Assembly: GCA_041484665.1 (NCBI GenBank)
Contig: JBGPIA010000033.1
Coordinates: 1 to 17,612, forward strand
Direction of reading: 5' to 3'
DNA length: 17,612 nt
Origin: Candidatus Krumholzibacteriia bacterium
GTDB lineage: Bacteria > Krumholzibacteriota > Krumholzibacteriia > JAJRXK01
Made by a program: the position numbers and the translations under genes. This document shows positions 8,513 to 16,916 of this stretch, piece by piece. The notes beneath the pieces were generated by a model. That model did not search any database, was not told where the DNA came from, and saw only the letters and a list, made by a program, of their open reading frames with translations. Within the stretch, counting starts at the first letter, position 1. Every line of letters starts with the position of its first letter.

Positions 8513-9346
8513 ATGACCGCCATGCCCTACGACCCGACGATCTATCAGGGCAGCGCGGCCTATTACGCGAGCGGTCGGCCACCGTACTCGCGGGCATTGG
8601 TCAAGACGCTCGCCGCCGAACTCGGTTTGGACGGCTCGGGACGCTTGCTCGACGTTGGATGCGGCCCTGGCATTCTCACCATCGAGTTTGCCGATCGCTT
8701 CAAGGAAGCGATCGGCCTCGACCCCGACGCCGCGATGCTGGCCGAGGGCGCGCGGCGGGCCGCTCGTGGAGGGCTCGACAACATCCGGTGGGTGCATGCC
8801 CTCGCAGAGGACATCTCCGAGCTCAGCCTCGGAACGTTCAAGTTGGTGACCTTCGGCCAGTCGTTTCACTGGGTCGACCGAGAGCGAGTCGCGCAAACGG
8901 TGTACGAGATCCTCGAACCGGGGGGCGCGTTGGCGTTGATCGGTCACTCGCACGAGGGTCGGCCACAGCCGAAGGGCCCTGGCTGCCCACCGGTCCCCCC
9001 CGAAGCGATTCGCGCGCTCGTCGATCACTATCTCGGGCCGCGCCGACGTGCCGGCCACGGGTTCGCTTCACCGCCCGCGGATCGGCACGAAGATGCACTT
9101 GTGCGCACGCGGTTCGGGGCCCCTCGAAGCATCATCTGCGAGGGCCGGCCAGACATCGTCCAAGATGTCGACACGGTGCTCGCTAACTACTTCTCCAAAT
9201 CGTTCGCCGTGCCGCATCTGTTCGGGGACCAGCGTGAGCGCTTCGAAGCCGATTTCCAGGCCGAGCTTGCGGCTCGTTCGCCGAGCGGCCTGTTCTGGGA
9301 TTGGCCGGGCGACACGGAGATCCTCCTGGCCCGCAAGCCGGGTTGA
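8513..9346 (+). CDS. Class I SAM-dependent methyltransferase
   Basis: Motif I LLDVGCGPG, GLDPD, GQSFHW, LEPGG. The start may be 8522. Confidence 0.92.
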   Translation: MTAMPYDPTIYQGSAAYYASGRPPYSRALVKTLAAELGLDGSGRLLDVGCGPGILTIEFADRFKEAIGLDPDAAMLAEGARRAARGGLDNIRWVHALAEDISELSLGTFKLVTFGQSFHWVDRERVAQTVYEILEPGGALALIGHSHEGRPQPKGPGCPPVPPEAIRALVDHYLGPRRRAGHGFASPPADRHEDALVRTRFGAPRSIICEGRPDIVQDVDTVLANYFSKSFAVPHLFGDQRERFEADFQAELAARSPSGLFWDWPGDTEILLARKPG

Positions 9347-9397
9347 GCCCAGCCGATGGTACGTGAGCCATCTCCGGCGAGCGCGCCGCTGCAACCG

Positions 9398-9422
9398 GCC
9401 GCTGAACGCCAGCGCGTCAGAT
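9398..9422 (+). other. 3' half (L'-spacer-R') of an attC-like site
   Basis: GCCGCTGAACG-CCAGCGC-GTCAGAT. The same 11-mer and the same 7-nt spacing occur at 9898. The 5' half is not recognisable. Confidence 0.5.
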
Positions 9423-9459
9423 CGTGGTAACGAGTTCGTCGCAGAGTGAAGGAGCCGAG

Positions 9460-9744
9460 ATGAATCTCGTTCGAATCGAACACCCCGTACCCGATTTCGA
9501 CGGTTGGAAGAAGGCCTTCGACCGTGACCCAGTCGGCCGACAGCGATCCGGCGTTCGCCGCTATCAAGTCTCGCGGCCGATCGACGATCCAAACTACGTC
9601 ATGATCGACCTCGAGTTCGACTCGTTGAGCGAGGCGGAGGCGTTCCTCGCCGCGATGCGCGCCGTTTGGGGTCGTGTCGAAGGCAAGATCATGCGGGATC
9701 CACAAGCGCGGATCCTCGATGCGGTCGAGACCAAGCAGTTTTGA
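9460..9744 (+). CDS. Small conserved protein, ABM/dimeric alpha-beta barrel-like (94 aa)
   Basis: AAGGAG RBS. HxVxDFDxWKxxFD and DDPNYVMIDLEFD patterns typical of this family. Confidence 0.8.
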   Translation: MNLVRIEHPVPDFDGWKKAFDRDPVGRQRSGVRRYQVSRPIDDPNYVMIDLEFDSLSEAEAFLAAMRAVWGRVEGKIMRDPQARILDAVETKQF

Positions 9745-9847
9745 CTCCAGGAAGTCTTCGCACGGACACAGGGCCGGAGCGCGTCTGTGCCCTGACTTGC
9801 GGGTTGCTACGGGACCGGTAGCCTAGCCCGAAGCTCGGGGCGCGGCC

Positions 9848-9922
9848 ACCCAGCCCACGGTTGCAGCGGTCGTCTCCCTCGCCTAGGCTGGGTTCACGCC
9901 GCTGAACGGCAAGTCGTTCGGC
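9848..9922 (+). other. attC-like site (75 nt)
   Basis: R'' ACCCAGC (one mismatch to RYYYAAC), N5, L'' GTTGCAGCGG (9860-9869). L' CCGCTGAAC (9899-9907) pairs perfectly with L'' except for one extrahelical base at 9863. R' GTTCGGC (9916-9922). Confidence 0.65.
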
Positions 9923-9968
9923 AGAGTGTATCCTCTCCTCGTTGCGGTCCTCGTTTCTGGAAGGAACC

Positions 9969-10397
9969 ATGAGCAGTACCAGTTTCGCTACGCGCTGGGG
10001 CTCGTGGGCGCCGCACGTGCTCAGCATCCTGCGCATCATTGTGGCGTTCCTCTTCGTGCAATACGGGACAACCAAGCTCTTCGGGTTTCCTGCGGCCGTG
10101 ATGCCGGGAGGCGGGACAGCATCGCTGACCTCGCTTGCTGGTTTCGGCGGCGCCTTGGAGTTGGTGGGGGGCGTGCTCCTGCTCGTGGGGTTGTTCACTC
10201 GCCCTGTGGCGTTCCTGCTGTCGGGCGAGATGGCGGTGGCCTACTTCATGGGGCACGCCGGTCAAGGGTTCTGGCCGGTTCTCAATGGCGGCGCTCCGGC
10301 CGTGTTCTTCGCTTTTCTCTGGCTCTATGTCTCCGCGGCTGGACCGGGGCCGTGGAGCATCGATGCGATTCGACGGCGCAACGCGGGTGCGGTCTGA
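9969..10397 (+). CDS. DoxX-family membrane protein (142 aa)
   Basis: LRI...G..KL, GALELVGGVLLLVGLFTR, GEMAVAYF, GPGPWSID. Four hydrophobic segments and AAGGA RBS. Confidence 0.92.
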   Translation: MSSTSFATRWGSWAPHVLSILRIIVAFLFVQYGTTKLFGFPAAVMPGGGTASLTSLAGFGGALELVGGVLLLVGLFTRPVAFLLSGEMAVAYFMGHAGQGFWPVLNGGAPAVFFAFLWLYVSAAGPGPWSIDAIRRRNAGAV

Positions 10398-10454
10398 CCA
10401 CCGGTTCCAGTGGTGTGCGCTTGAGCGCCGCCGCGCAACCCCAAACCGTCAGGT
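10392..10454 (+). other. attC-like site with GAC/GTC core (63 nt)
   Basis: R'' GTCTGAC contains the DoxX stop, followed by N5 and GTTCCAGTGG, a central GCGC-TTGA-GCGC hairpin, then GCCGCGCAACC-N7-GTCAGGT. Confidence 0.55.
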
Positions 10455-10471
10455 GGACCGGGATAACGACC

Positions 10472-11239
10472 ATGCCTGAGCGAGATGACAGCTCGACCCG
10501 CTCGTGGGATGCGGTCGCCGAGGACTGGGTCATTCACGCAGACGAAAATGACTATCGCAACCACTTCTTGATGCCGCTCACACTCGAGATGTTGGCAGAT
10601 GTCCGGGGCATTCGAATCCTCGACGTGGGCTGTGGAGAGGGCGGTTACACCCGCGAGCTCGCCGCTCGGGGCGCAACGGTCGTTGGCGTGGACGGGAGCC
10701 CCCGCCTGATCGCAGTGGCGAAACGGCGGGCGGCCGAGGCCGGGCACAAGATCGAGTACATCTGCGCGAACGCCAGCTCCCTCGAGCCCGTTTCAACGGA
10801 AGCGTTCGACTTGGCTTTGGCGTCGATGAGCCTGATGGATGTCGAAGACTACCTCGGTGCGGCGGATCAAGTCTGGCGAGTGCTTGCTCCCGAGGGAAAA
10901 CTCCTGATGAGCATCACCCACCCTTGCTTCTCGGCACCGACCTCGGAGTGGATCCGGACCGAATCGGGAGAGCTGCGCTATTTCGCCGTCGACCGCTACT
11001 TCGAGCGCAGCGCCTGGAATAGTTTCCTCAGCTCCAGGTTTCAGCGGCCGGTAATCCGTCGCCACCAACCCCTCGAGGACTTTGTCCGCCCGTTGCTGAG
11101 ACGCGGCTTTGTAGTCCGCGACTTTCGCGAGCCCAGCGCGACGCCTGAACACCTACAGAAGTCCGAACGCCTGAGGTACCTGACGCGGCTGCCCTACTTC
11201 CTGTTCATGTCGTGGCAGAAAGGAAACTGGATCACCTGA
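10472..11239 (+). CDS. Class I SAM-dependent methyltransferase (255 aa)
   Basis: Starts MPERDDSSTRSWD. Motifs ILDVGCGEG, GVDGS, LAPEG, SITHPCF. Confidence 0.92.
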   Translation: MPERDDSSTRSWDAVAEDWVIHADENDYRNHFLMPLTLEMLADVRGIRILDVGCGEGGYTRELAARGATVVGVDGSPRLIAVAKRRAAEAGHKIEYICANASSLEPVSTEAFDLALASMSLMDVEDYLGAADQVWRVLAPEGKLLMSITHPCFSAPTSEWIRTESGELRYFAVDRYFERSAWNSFLSSRFQRPVIRRHQPLEDFVRPLLRRGFVVRDFREPSATPEHLQKSERLRYLTRLPYFLFMSWQKGNWIT

Positions 11240-11291
11240 CATCGCCGTGAGGCCGCCGATTCGAGCCGTCGCATGATCGCAGGAGGAGGGA

Positions 11292-11705
11292 ATGCGCGAC
11301 CGTCAAGAACGCCTGCTTCGCACGGCCTTTCTCGCCGGGGCCGTCACGGATGCCGTCGCTCTCTTGCCGATGCTGTTCCCCCCACTTGCCGGCCTGCTGT
11401 GGGGACTCCACAGTACAGCGGGGAGCTACAAGTTTGCCATGGGGTATGGCGCCTCTCTCATGCTCGGCTGGACGCTTCTTCTGCTCTGGGCGTACCGGCG
11501 CCCCGTCGAGAGGCGTTTCATCGCGGCGCTTACCGGCCTCGTGATCTCTGGCCTGGTTCTCACAGAGGTGCTGGCGGTACTCTCCGGTTTGCTCGGGGTG
11601 TGGCGCATGGTGCCAACCTGGTGTCTGCAAGCGGCGTTGCTCGGACTGTTTGGCAATGCCTTCATCGCTGCGGCTCCGCTGCGCGGGACGGGGAGCTCGA
11701 CATGA
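11292..11705 (+). CDS. Hypothetical 4-TM membrane protein
   Basis: Strong RBS AGGAGGAGG. Hydrophobic helices, GASLMLGWTLLLLWA..PVERR. ATGA overlap with the next gene. Confidence 0.8.
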   Translation: MRDRQERLLRTAFLAGAVTDAVALLPMLFPPLAGLLWGLHSTAGSYKFAMGYGASLMLGWTLLLLWAYRRPVERRFIAALTGLVISGLVLTEVLAVLSGLLGVWRMVPTWCLQAALLGLFGNAFIAAAPLRGTGSST

Positions 11706-12151
11706 AACGCCCACGAACGTATAGCGCACCCGGGATCACGGTCACCTTTGACCCGAACGTATGCATCCACTCGGCCGTCTGCCTGCGGACGCTGCCGACG
11801 GTATTCGACGTGCGACTGAAGCGCTGGGTCCGGCCAGAAGCCGCGACTCCGGAAGAAGTGGCGGCCGCCATCGACCGCTGTCCGTCGGGCGCGCTGCGGT
11901 ACACGTTGCAGGGCACGGCGCAGGCAGCCGACGCGGAGGGAGGATCCCCGGCTGGCACCTCCATCCAGGCCAGCCGCAATGGGCCCCTGCTCGTGCAGGG
12001 CGAGTTCGAGGTCCTGGACGAGAACGGGGCGACGATCGCTGCGGTGGGTCGGGCGGCCCTGTGCCGCTGCGGCGCCACGCGGAACCAACCCTTCTGCGAC
12101 GGCAGCCACCGGACGGTTGGGTTCCTGTCGAAGAGGGGCGAGGAGGGCTAG
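11702..12151 (+). CDS. Fe-S protein: divergent 4Fe-4S (YjdI/Fer4_19-like) + CDGSH domain (149 aa)
   Basis: N-terminal CIHSAVC...CPSGAL and C-terminal LCRCGATRNQPFCDGSH. Confidence 0.92.
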   Translation: MKRPRTYSAPGITVTFDPNVCIHSAVCLRTLPTVFDVRLKRWVRPEAATPEEVAAAIDRCPSGALRYTLQGTAQAADAEGGSPAGTSIQASRNGPLLVQGEFEVLDENGATIAAVGRAALCRCGATRNQPFCDGSHRTVGFLSKRGEEG

Positions 12152-12242
12152 CAGCGCCGCTGGGCGCTCGAGCCTCCTAGCCGAACGCTGGCATTCCTTG
12201 CGCACTATGCGCTGGCCCACGCCCCGCCCCGCAGACGCAAAT

Positions 12243-12285
12243 TGCTTGAAAATCATTCGACTGGTGCACGATTTTCAAGCATAAT
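12243..12285 (+). promoter_or_regulatory. 12-bp perfect inverted repeat overlapping a putative leaderless promoter
   Basis: TGCTTGAAAATC (12243-12254)-N15-GATTTTCAAGCA (12270-12281). TCGACT-N17-CATAAT ends 6 nt before the ATG at 12292. AT-rich island in GC-rich DNA. Confidence 0.7.
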
Positions 12286-12291
12286 TGGTCC

Positions 12292-13449
12292 ATGATCCCC
12301 CGCGAACGACATCTCTCGCGCCTGACAGCTAGTTTGGCCAGAAGTCCAGTGGTCGCCATTCTGGGCGCGCGGCAGGTGGGGAAGACCACGCTGGCCTCGC
12401 AGCTCGAGGGCCGACTCGCTGGCCCGACGACCCGCTTCGACTTGGAGGACCCAGACGACCTCAGCCGCCTCGCGGAGCCGAAGCTGGCGCTGCAGGCGCT
12501 GACCGGGCTGGTCGTGATCGACGAGATCCAGCGACGACCGGATCTGTTTCCACTGCTGAGGGTGCTGGTCGATCGCCCCTCGTGTCCGGCGAAATTTCTC
12601 GTGCTGGGCAGCGCATCGCCCGACTTGCTTCGCCAGAGTTCCGAGACGCTGGCCGGCCGCATCGCCTACCACGAGCTGAGCGGACTCGCGCTCGATGAGG
12701 TGGGCGTCGAGGCTAGCGAATCGCTCTGGTTGCGGGGCGGATTCCCCAGGGCGTTCCTCGCCGACACCGACGAGGCGAGCGCGGAGTGGCGGAGCGACTT
12801 CATCCGTACATTTCTCGAGCGCGATCTACCGCAACTGGGCATCCGCATTCCTGCCCCGACTCTCCAGCGCTTCTGGCGCATGCTGGCCCACTACCACGGG
12901 CAGATCTGGAATGGTGCAGAACTGTCACGCGCGTTCGGAGTCTCATCGTCCACCGTCCGCCGATACCTCGATGTGCTCACCGGCGCGCTGGTGCTATGGC
13001 AACTGCCGCCCTGGCACGAAAACGTATCGAAGCGTCAAGTGAAGGCACCGAAGATCTATCTCTCCGATTCCGGTCTGCTGCACGCGCTGCTGGGGATCAG
13101 GACGAGACACGATCTCGACGGCCACCCCGTCATTGGCGCTTCGTGGGAAGGCTTCGTGCTGCGCGAGTTGATCCAGCACCTGGGCGTCCGCAGTGAGGAG
13201 TGCTGGTTCTGGGCGACCCACGCCGGCGCCGAGTTAGACCTGCTGATCGTGCGCGGGCAGCGACGCTTCGGGTACGAGGTGAAGCGCTCCACCGCGCCAA
13301 GCGTGACACGCTCCATGCGCGTGGCGAGCGAGAGCCTTGGCCTGAACCGCGTCTGCGTACTCCACGCCGGCGACCATTCGTTCCCGATGGCCGCCGGGTT
13401 TGACGCCGTGGCCGTCTCGCGGATGTTGCAAGACGTCGAGGCGTTGTAA
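12292..13449 (+). CDS. AAA+ ATPase (AAA_14) with HTH and DUF4143 / PD-(D/E)XK-like C-terminus
   Basis: Walker A GARQVGKT, Walker B VVIDEIQ, GGFP, HTH AELSRAFGVSSSTVRRYL, KAPKIYLSDSGL, ELDLL...GYEVK. Confidence 0.92.
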   Translation: MIPRERHLSRLTASLARSPVVAILGARQVGKTTLASQLEGRLAGPTTRFDLEDPDDLSRLAEPKLALQALTGLVVIDEIQRRPDLFPLLRVLVDRPSCPAKFLVLGSASPDLLRQSSETLAGRIAYHELSGLALDEVGVEASESLWLRGGFPRAFLADTDEASAEWRSDFIRTFLERDLPQLGIRIPAPTLQRFWRMLAHYHGQIWNGAELSRAFGVSSSTVRRYLDVLTGALVLWQLPPWHENVSKRQVKAPKIYLSDSGLLHALLGIRTRHDLDGHPVIGASWEGFVLRELIQHLGVRSEECWFWATHAGAELDLLIVRGQRRFGYEVKRSTAPSVTRSMRVASESLGLNRVCVLHAGDHSFPMAAGFDAVAVSRMLQDVEAL

Positions 13450-13646
13450 TTGTGAGCGCCTCCCCACTGGGGGTATAGTCGGGAGCGGCTGGCCAGCGCT
13501 GATTGCGTTGCAGTGCCCCGGGGCGTCCCTCCGCGAGGCATCTTCCCGCGGGGAGCCCACGGTGGCCGAAGTCGCAGCGAGCGACACCGCCGCCACGTTC
13601 TCGTGCCGCCCACCGGAAGAACCCAAATGTGGATCGGGGACCAACG

Positions 13647-14171
13647 ATGAAGAAGCCATCGCGCGCTGCAGCCGGTGTCGTCGCGGGGATCTGCCTCTCC
13701 TTGGGCCTCGGCTGCTCGGCGACTTCGCATACCCACGTTCAAAGTGCAGCCTTAGAGGAGGCGGTCGTGGTGACTCGCGCAAGTGGAACATTTGACGTCA
13801 AGCTGAGCCCGCTGGCGCCGAACGACAAAGCCGCGAACAGCCCAGTGGGCAGGATGTCCATCGACAAACAGTTCCATGGGGATCTCGAAGGTACCAGCAA
13901 GGGCGAGATGCTGAGCGCCATGACGGAGGTGAAGGGCTCGGCCGGTTACGTCGCGATCGAGCAGGTCAGCGGAACCCTGCATGGCCGCAGAGGCACCTTC
14001 GTGCTTCAGCACAGTGGCACCATGACGCGCGGTGCGCCGCAACTGAGCGTCACCGTCGTGCCAGACTCCGGCACCGGGCAGTTGATGGGCCTTGCGGGCA
14101 AAATGAGCATCAAGATCAAGAACGGACAGCACTCCTACGAGTTCGAATACACGCTCGCCGAGGCCCCCTGA
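13647..14171 (+). CDS. DUF3224-family protein, possibly with a lipoprotein signal
   Basis: Core ASGTFDVK, KQFHGDLEGTS, GSAGYVAIE, GTFVLQH, VVPDSGTGQL. N-terminus MKK...LSLGLGC. Alternative GTG start at 13767/13770 behind GAGGAGG. Confidence 0.85.
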   Translation: MKKPSRAAAGVVAGICLSLGLGCSATSHTHVQSAALEEAVVVTRASGTFDVKLSPLAPNDKAANSPVGRMSIDKQFHGDLEGTSKGEMLSAMTEVKGSAGYVAIEQVSGTLHGRRGTFVLQHSGTMTRGAPQLSVTVVPDSGTGQLMGLAGKMSIKIKNGQHSYEFEYTLAEAP

Positions 14172-14260
14172 GCGACGACCGCCACGAGCCCGCGTGCCGG
14201 AGGGGCCACTCGATGGCCGGGGCGGCAGCGGGCCGACAGCGGGCCGACTTCCCCGCCCGG

Positions 14261-14269
14261 TGCTATTGT
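14261..14269 (+). promoter_or_regulatory. Putative extended -10 promoter for the PBP gene
   Basis: TGcTATTGT about 60 nt upstream of the ATG at 14328. Confidence 0.3.
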
Positions 14270-14327
14270 GGGATGGCTGCTTCCAGCCTCCCCCACCGCA
14301 CCCGTCGGCAGGAAGGGCCCGTTCCCG

Positions 14328-16916
14328 ATGCCCACCGACGACCGCATCCCGGATCCCACCGGCGCCACGTCGGCGAACCAGCCGGCTGGGCCGCGGGGCG
14401 CTGACGCGTCGCCGCCCCAGGCGCCGCTCCCCGAGCCACCGCCCCCCGAGCCGCCGCGCGCCGGCCCCCACGTCGTCCCGCATACCCGCCCGCGCACCCG
14501 CCGCATCATCCGGCTTGGCTCGCTGCGCAGCCTGGGCCGCCTGGGTCTTCCGCTCTCCATCGCCGCCGCGCTGGTGGCCCTCACGATTGCATCGTTTCGC
14601 GTCGCCTCCCGCTTCGAGGCCCGCGAGCGCGAGGCGCCGACGCGGCTGTACGGCCGCGCCGCCGCGCTCAGGCCGTGCGTGCTGCTGCCGGCCGACGAGC
14701 TCGTCGCGCGCCTCGAGCGGCTGGGGTACCGGCGCACGCGCGGCGAGCCGAAAGCGCCGGGAGAGTACCGGGTCTCCCGCGCGGTCAGCGTCCGCCTGCG
14801 CTCCTTCGAGACGGCGCGCGGGACGGTTGCGCCGCGCGCGCTGCGCATCCACTGGGACGACCGCCGCATCGAGTGGGTGGAGGACGTTGCGTCGGGCGAC
14901 GCGGTCGACGACGCGGTGCTCCCCCCCGAGGTGGTGGCGACGCTGTATGGTCCGATACAAGAGGACCGGACCGTGCTCCCGCTGTCGGAGTTCCCGCGCG
15001 ATCTGATCGATGCCGTGCTGGTGACCGAGGACCGGCGCTTCTACCGGCATCATGGCATCGACCCCATCGGGATCGCACGCGCCGCGGTCACCAACGCCAG
15101 CAGCGGCGCCATCAAGCAGGGCGGCAGCACGCTGACGCAGCAGCTCGCCAAGAATCTTTTCTTCGACCAGCAGCGCACCCTCTCGCGCAAGGCGGTCGAG
15201 GCGGTGACGGCCGTTCTGCTCGAGACGCGCTATCCCAAAGACCGGATCCTGCAGGCCTATCTCAATGAGGTCTACCTGGGCCAACGGGGGGCGGTCTCGA
15301 TCAAGGGATTCGCCCGCGCCGCCACGTTCTACTTCGGCAAAGACGTAGGCGCGCTCGACCTGGCCGAGTCGGCCACGCTCGCCGGGCTGATCCGGGCCCC
15401 TGGCCTCTACAATCCTTTCCTGCACCCCGAGCGCGCCGTCGAGCGGCGCGATCAGGTGCTGGCCGCGATGGAGAAAGAGAAGCGCATCACCGCCCAGCAG
15501 CGGCGGACCGCACAGGCCAAGCCCCTGAAGCCGACCGGGGACCGGCAGGCGACACCGACGCCCCGGGCGGTCGCGTACCTGGCGGACTACGCGCGCCAGA
15601 TAATCGCAAAGGGACCCGCGGGGAGCGCCGCGGGGAATCCTGCCGGGAATGCCGCGGGCAACGCCGCGACGACCGTCGACCGGAGCGCGGCTACGAACGC
15701 CGCGACGGCCGCCGACCGGAACACCGCCCGGAAGGCCGCGAGCGACCCGTCGCGCGCCGGCCTGCGGATCTTCACGACGATCGATCCCACGCTCCAGCGC
15801 TACGCGGAGGATGCGCTCGCGCGCGGCATCGCCCAGTTGGAGCGCTCGTACCGGGCGCTGCGCCGGCGCGACGTGTCCGACATGCTGCAAGGCGCGATCG
15901 TGGTGCTCGATCCGCGTGACGGCGCGGTCCTCGCCATGGTGGGCGGGCGCGACTACGACACCAGCCAGTTCAACCGGGTCACGCAGGCCCACCGGCCCCC
16001 GGGGTCGCTGTTCAAGCCGTTCGTGTACTTGGCCGGCTACGAAGCGGCCGCCGCCGCGGGCTCGGACGATGAGGTCTTCACACCGGCCACGCTGCTGGAG
16101 GACGAGCCGCTGCAGATGCGCGTGGCGGGCAAGCAGTGGGCGCCCGCCAACTACGACGGCGAGTTCCGCGGGCCGGTGACCGCGCAACTGGCGCTCGAGC
16201 AGTCGCTGAACGTCCCGACGGTGCGGGCGGCGCTGCAGATCGGGCTGAAGCCGATCGTCGCCGTTGCCGGGGCGGCCGGCGTGCAGTCGACGCTGAAGCC
16301 CTATCCCTCGCTGGCGCTGGGAGCGCAGGAGGTCACCCCGCTGGAGATCGCCGCCGCCTACGCCACCATCGCCAATGGCGGCACCCGACACGACGCGTCC
16401 ATGGTCGAGACCGTCATGGACGCGAGCGGATCCACGCTGTTCGAGCACCGCGCGGAGTCCGAGCCGGCGCTGTCCGCTGCCGCCACGTTTCTGGTGACAG
16501 TGGGACTGGAGGGGGCGCTGGACCGCGGGACTGGCGCCACGGCCCGCGCGCTGGGATTCCGCGGCACTGCAGCTGGCAAGACCGGCACCACCGACGACTA
16601 TCGCGACGCCTGGTTCTGCGGCTATACGCCTGACGTGCTCGCGCTGGTCTGGATCGGGTTCGACGACGGCAGCTCGCTCGGGCTGACGGGCGCTGCTGCG
16701 GCGCTGCCCATCTGGGTCGACTTCATGCGGCGCGCGGGAGCCGAGACCTCCGAGGCATTTCCGGAGCCGTCGGGGATCGCTTGGGAGGACGTCGACCCGA
16801 TCAGCGGGGGCCGCGCACGGTGGGGGTGTCCCGACCAGCGCCGGATGGCCTTCCTCGAGGGCACCGAGCCGACCAGCAAGTGCGACATGCACGGCTGGTT
16901 CAGGAAGTGGTGGTGA
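14328..16916 (+). CDS. mrcB: Class A penicillin-binding protein (PBP1B-like transglycosylase/transpeptidase)
   Basis: Pro-rich N-tail, TM, UB2H-like region (LERLGYR). GT51 motifs EDRRF..H.G, GGSTLTQQLAKN, RK..E, YLNEVYLG. Transpeptidase motifs SLFK, SLN, KTGT. Start codon uncertain. Confidence 0.92.
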   Translation: MPTDDRIPDPTGATSANQPAGPRGADASPPQAPLPEPPPPEPPRAGPHVVPHTRPRTRRIIRLGSLRSLGRLGLPLSIAAALVALTIASFRVASRFEAREREAPTRLYGRAAALRPCVLLPADELVARLERLGYRRTRGEPKAPGEYRVSRAVSVRLRSFETARGTVAPRALRIHWDDRRIEWVEDVASGDAVDDAVLPPEVVATLYGPIQEDRTVLPLSEFPRDLIDAVLVTEDRRFYRHHGIDPIGIARAAVTNASSGAIKQGGSTLTQQLAKNLFFDQQRTLSRKAVEAVTAVLLETRYPKDRILQAYLNEVYLGQRGAVSIKGFARAATFYFGKDVGALDLAESATLAGLIRAPGLYNPFLHPERAVERRDQVLAAMEKEKRITAQQRRTAQAKPLKPTGDRQATPTPRAVAYLADYARQIIAKGPAGSAAGNPAGNAAGNAATTVDRSAATNAATAADRNTARKAASDPSRAGLRIFTTIDPTLQRYAEDALARGIAQLERSYRALRRRDVSDMLQGAIVVLDPRDGAVLAMVGGRDYDTSQFNRVTQAHRPPGSLFKPFVYLAGYEAAAAAGSDDEVFTPATLLEDEPLQMRVAGKQWAPANYDGEFRGPVTAQLALEQSLNVPTVRAALQIGLKPIVAVAGAAGVQSTLKPYPSLALGAQEVTPLEIAAAYATIANGGTRHDASMVETVMDASGSTLFEHRAESEPALSAAATFLVTVGLEGALDRGTGATARALGFRGTAAGKTGTTDDYRDAWFCGYTPDVLALVWIGFDDGSSLGLTGAAAALPIWVDFMRRAGAETSEAFPEPSGIAWEDVDPISGGRARWGCPDQRRMAFLEGTEPTSKCDMHGWFRKWW
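15618..15731 (+). repeat. In-frame tandem repeats inside the PBP gene
   Basis: Four degenerate 12-nt units (AGSA AGNP AGNA AGNA) and two 36-nt-period units starting at 15660 and 15696 (NAATTVDRSAAT / NAATAADRNTAR). Confidence 0.8.

Noticed and set aside
9926..11239. 437-aa version of the second methyltransferase
   Set aside because: The extension overlaps DoxX out of frame. The domain starts at 10472.
12180..12186. GCCGAAC, complement of GTTCGGC at 9916, as an R'' box
   Set aside because: A lone 7-mer with no L box or R' after it. It cannot be told from chance.
13450..13646. attC-like site or sRNA after the AAA+ gene
   Set aside because: Contains GTTGCAGTG but no matching partner arm or core boxes.
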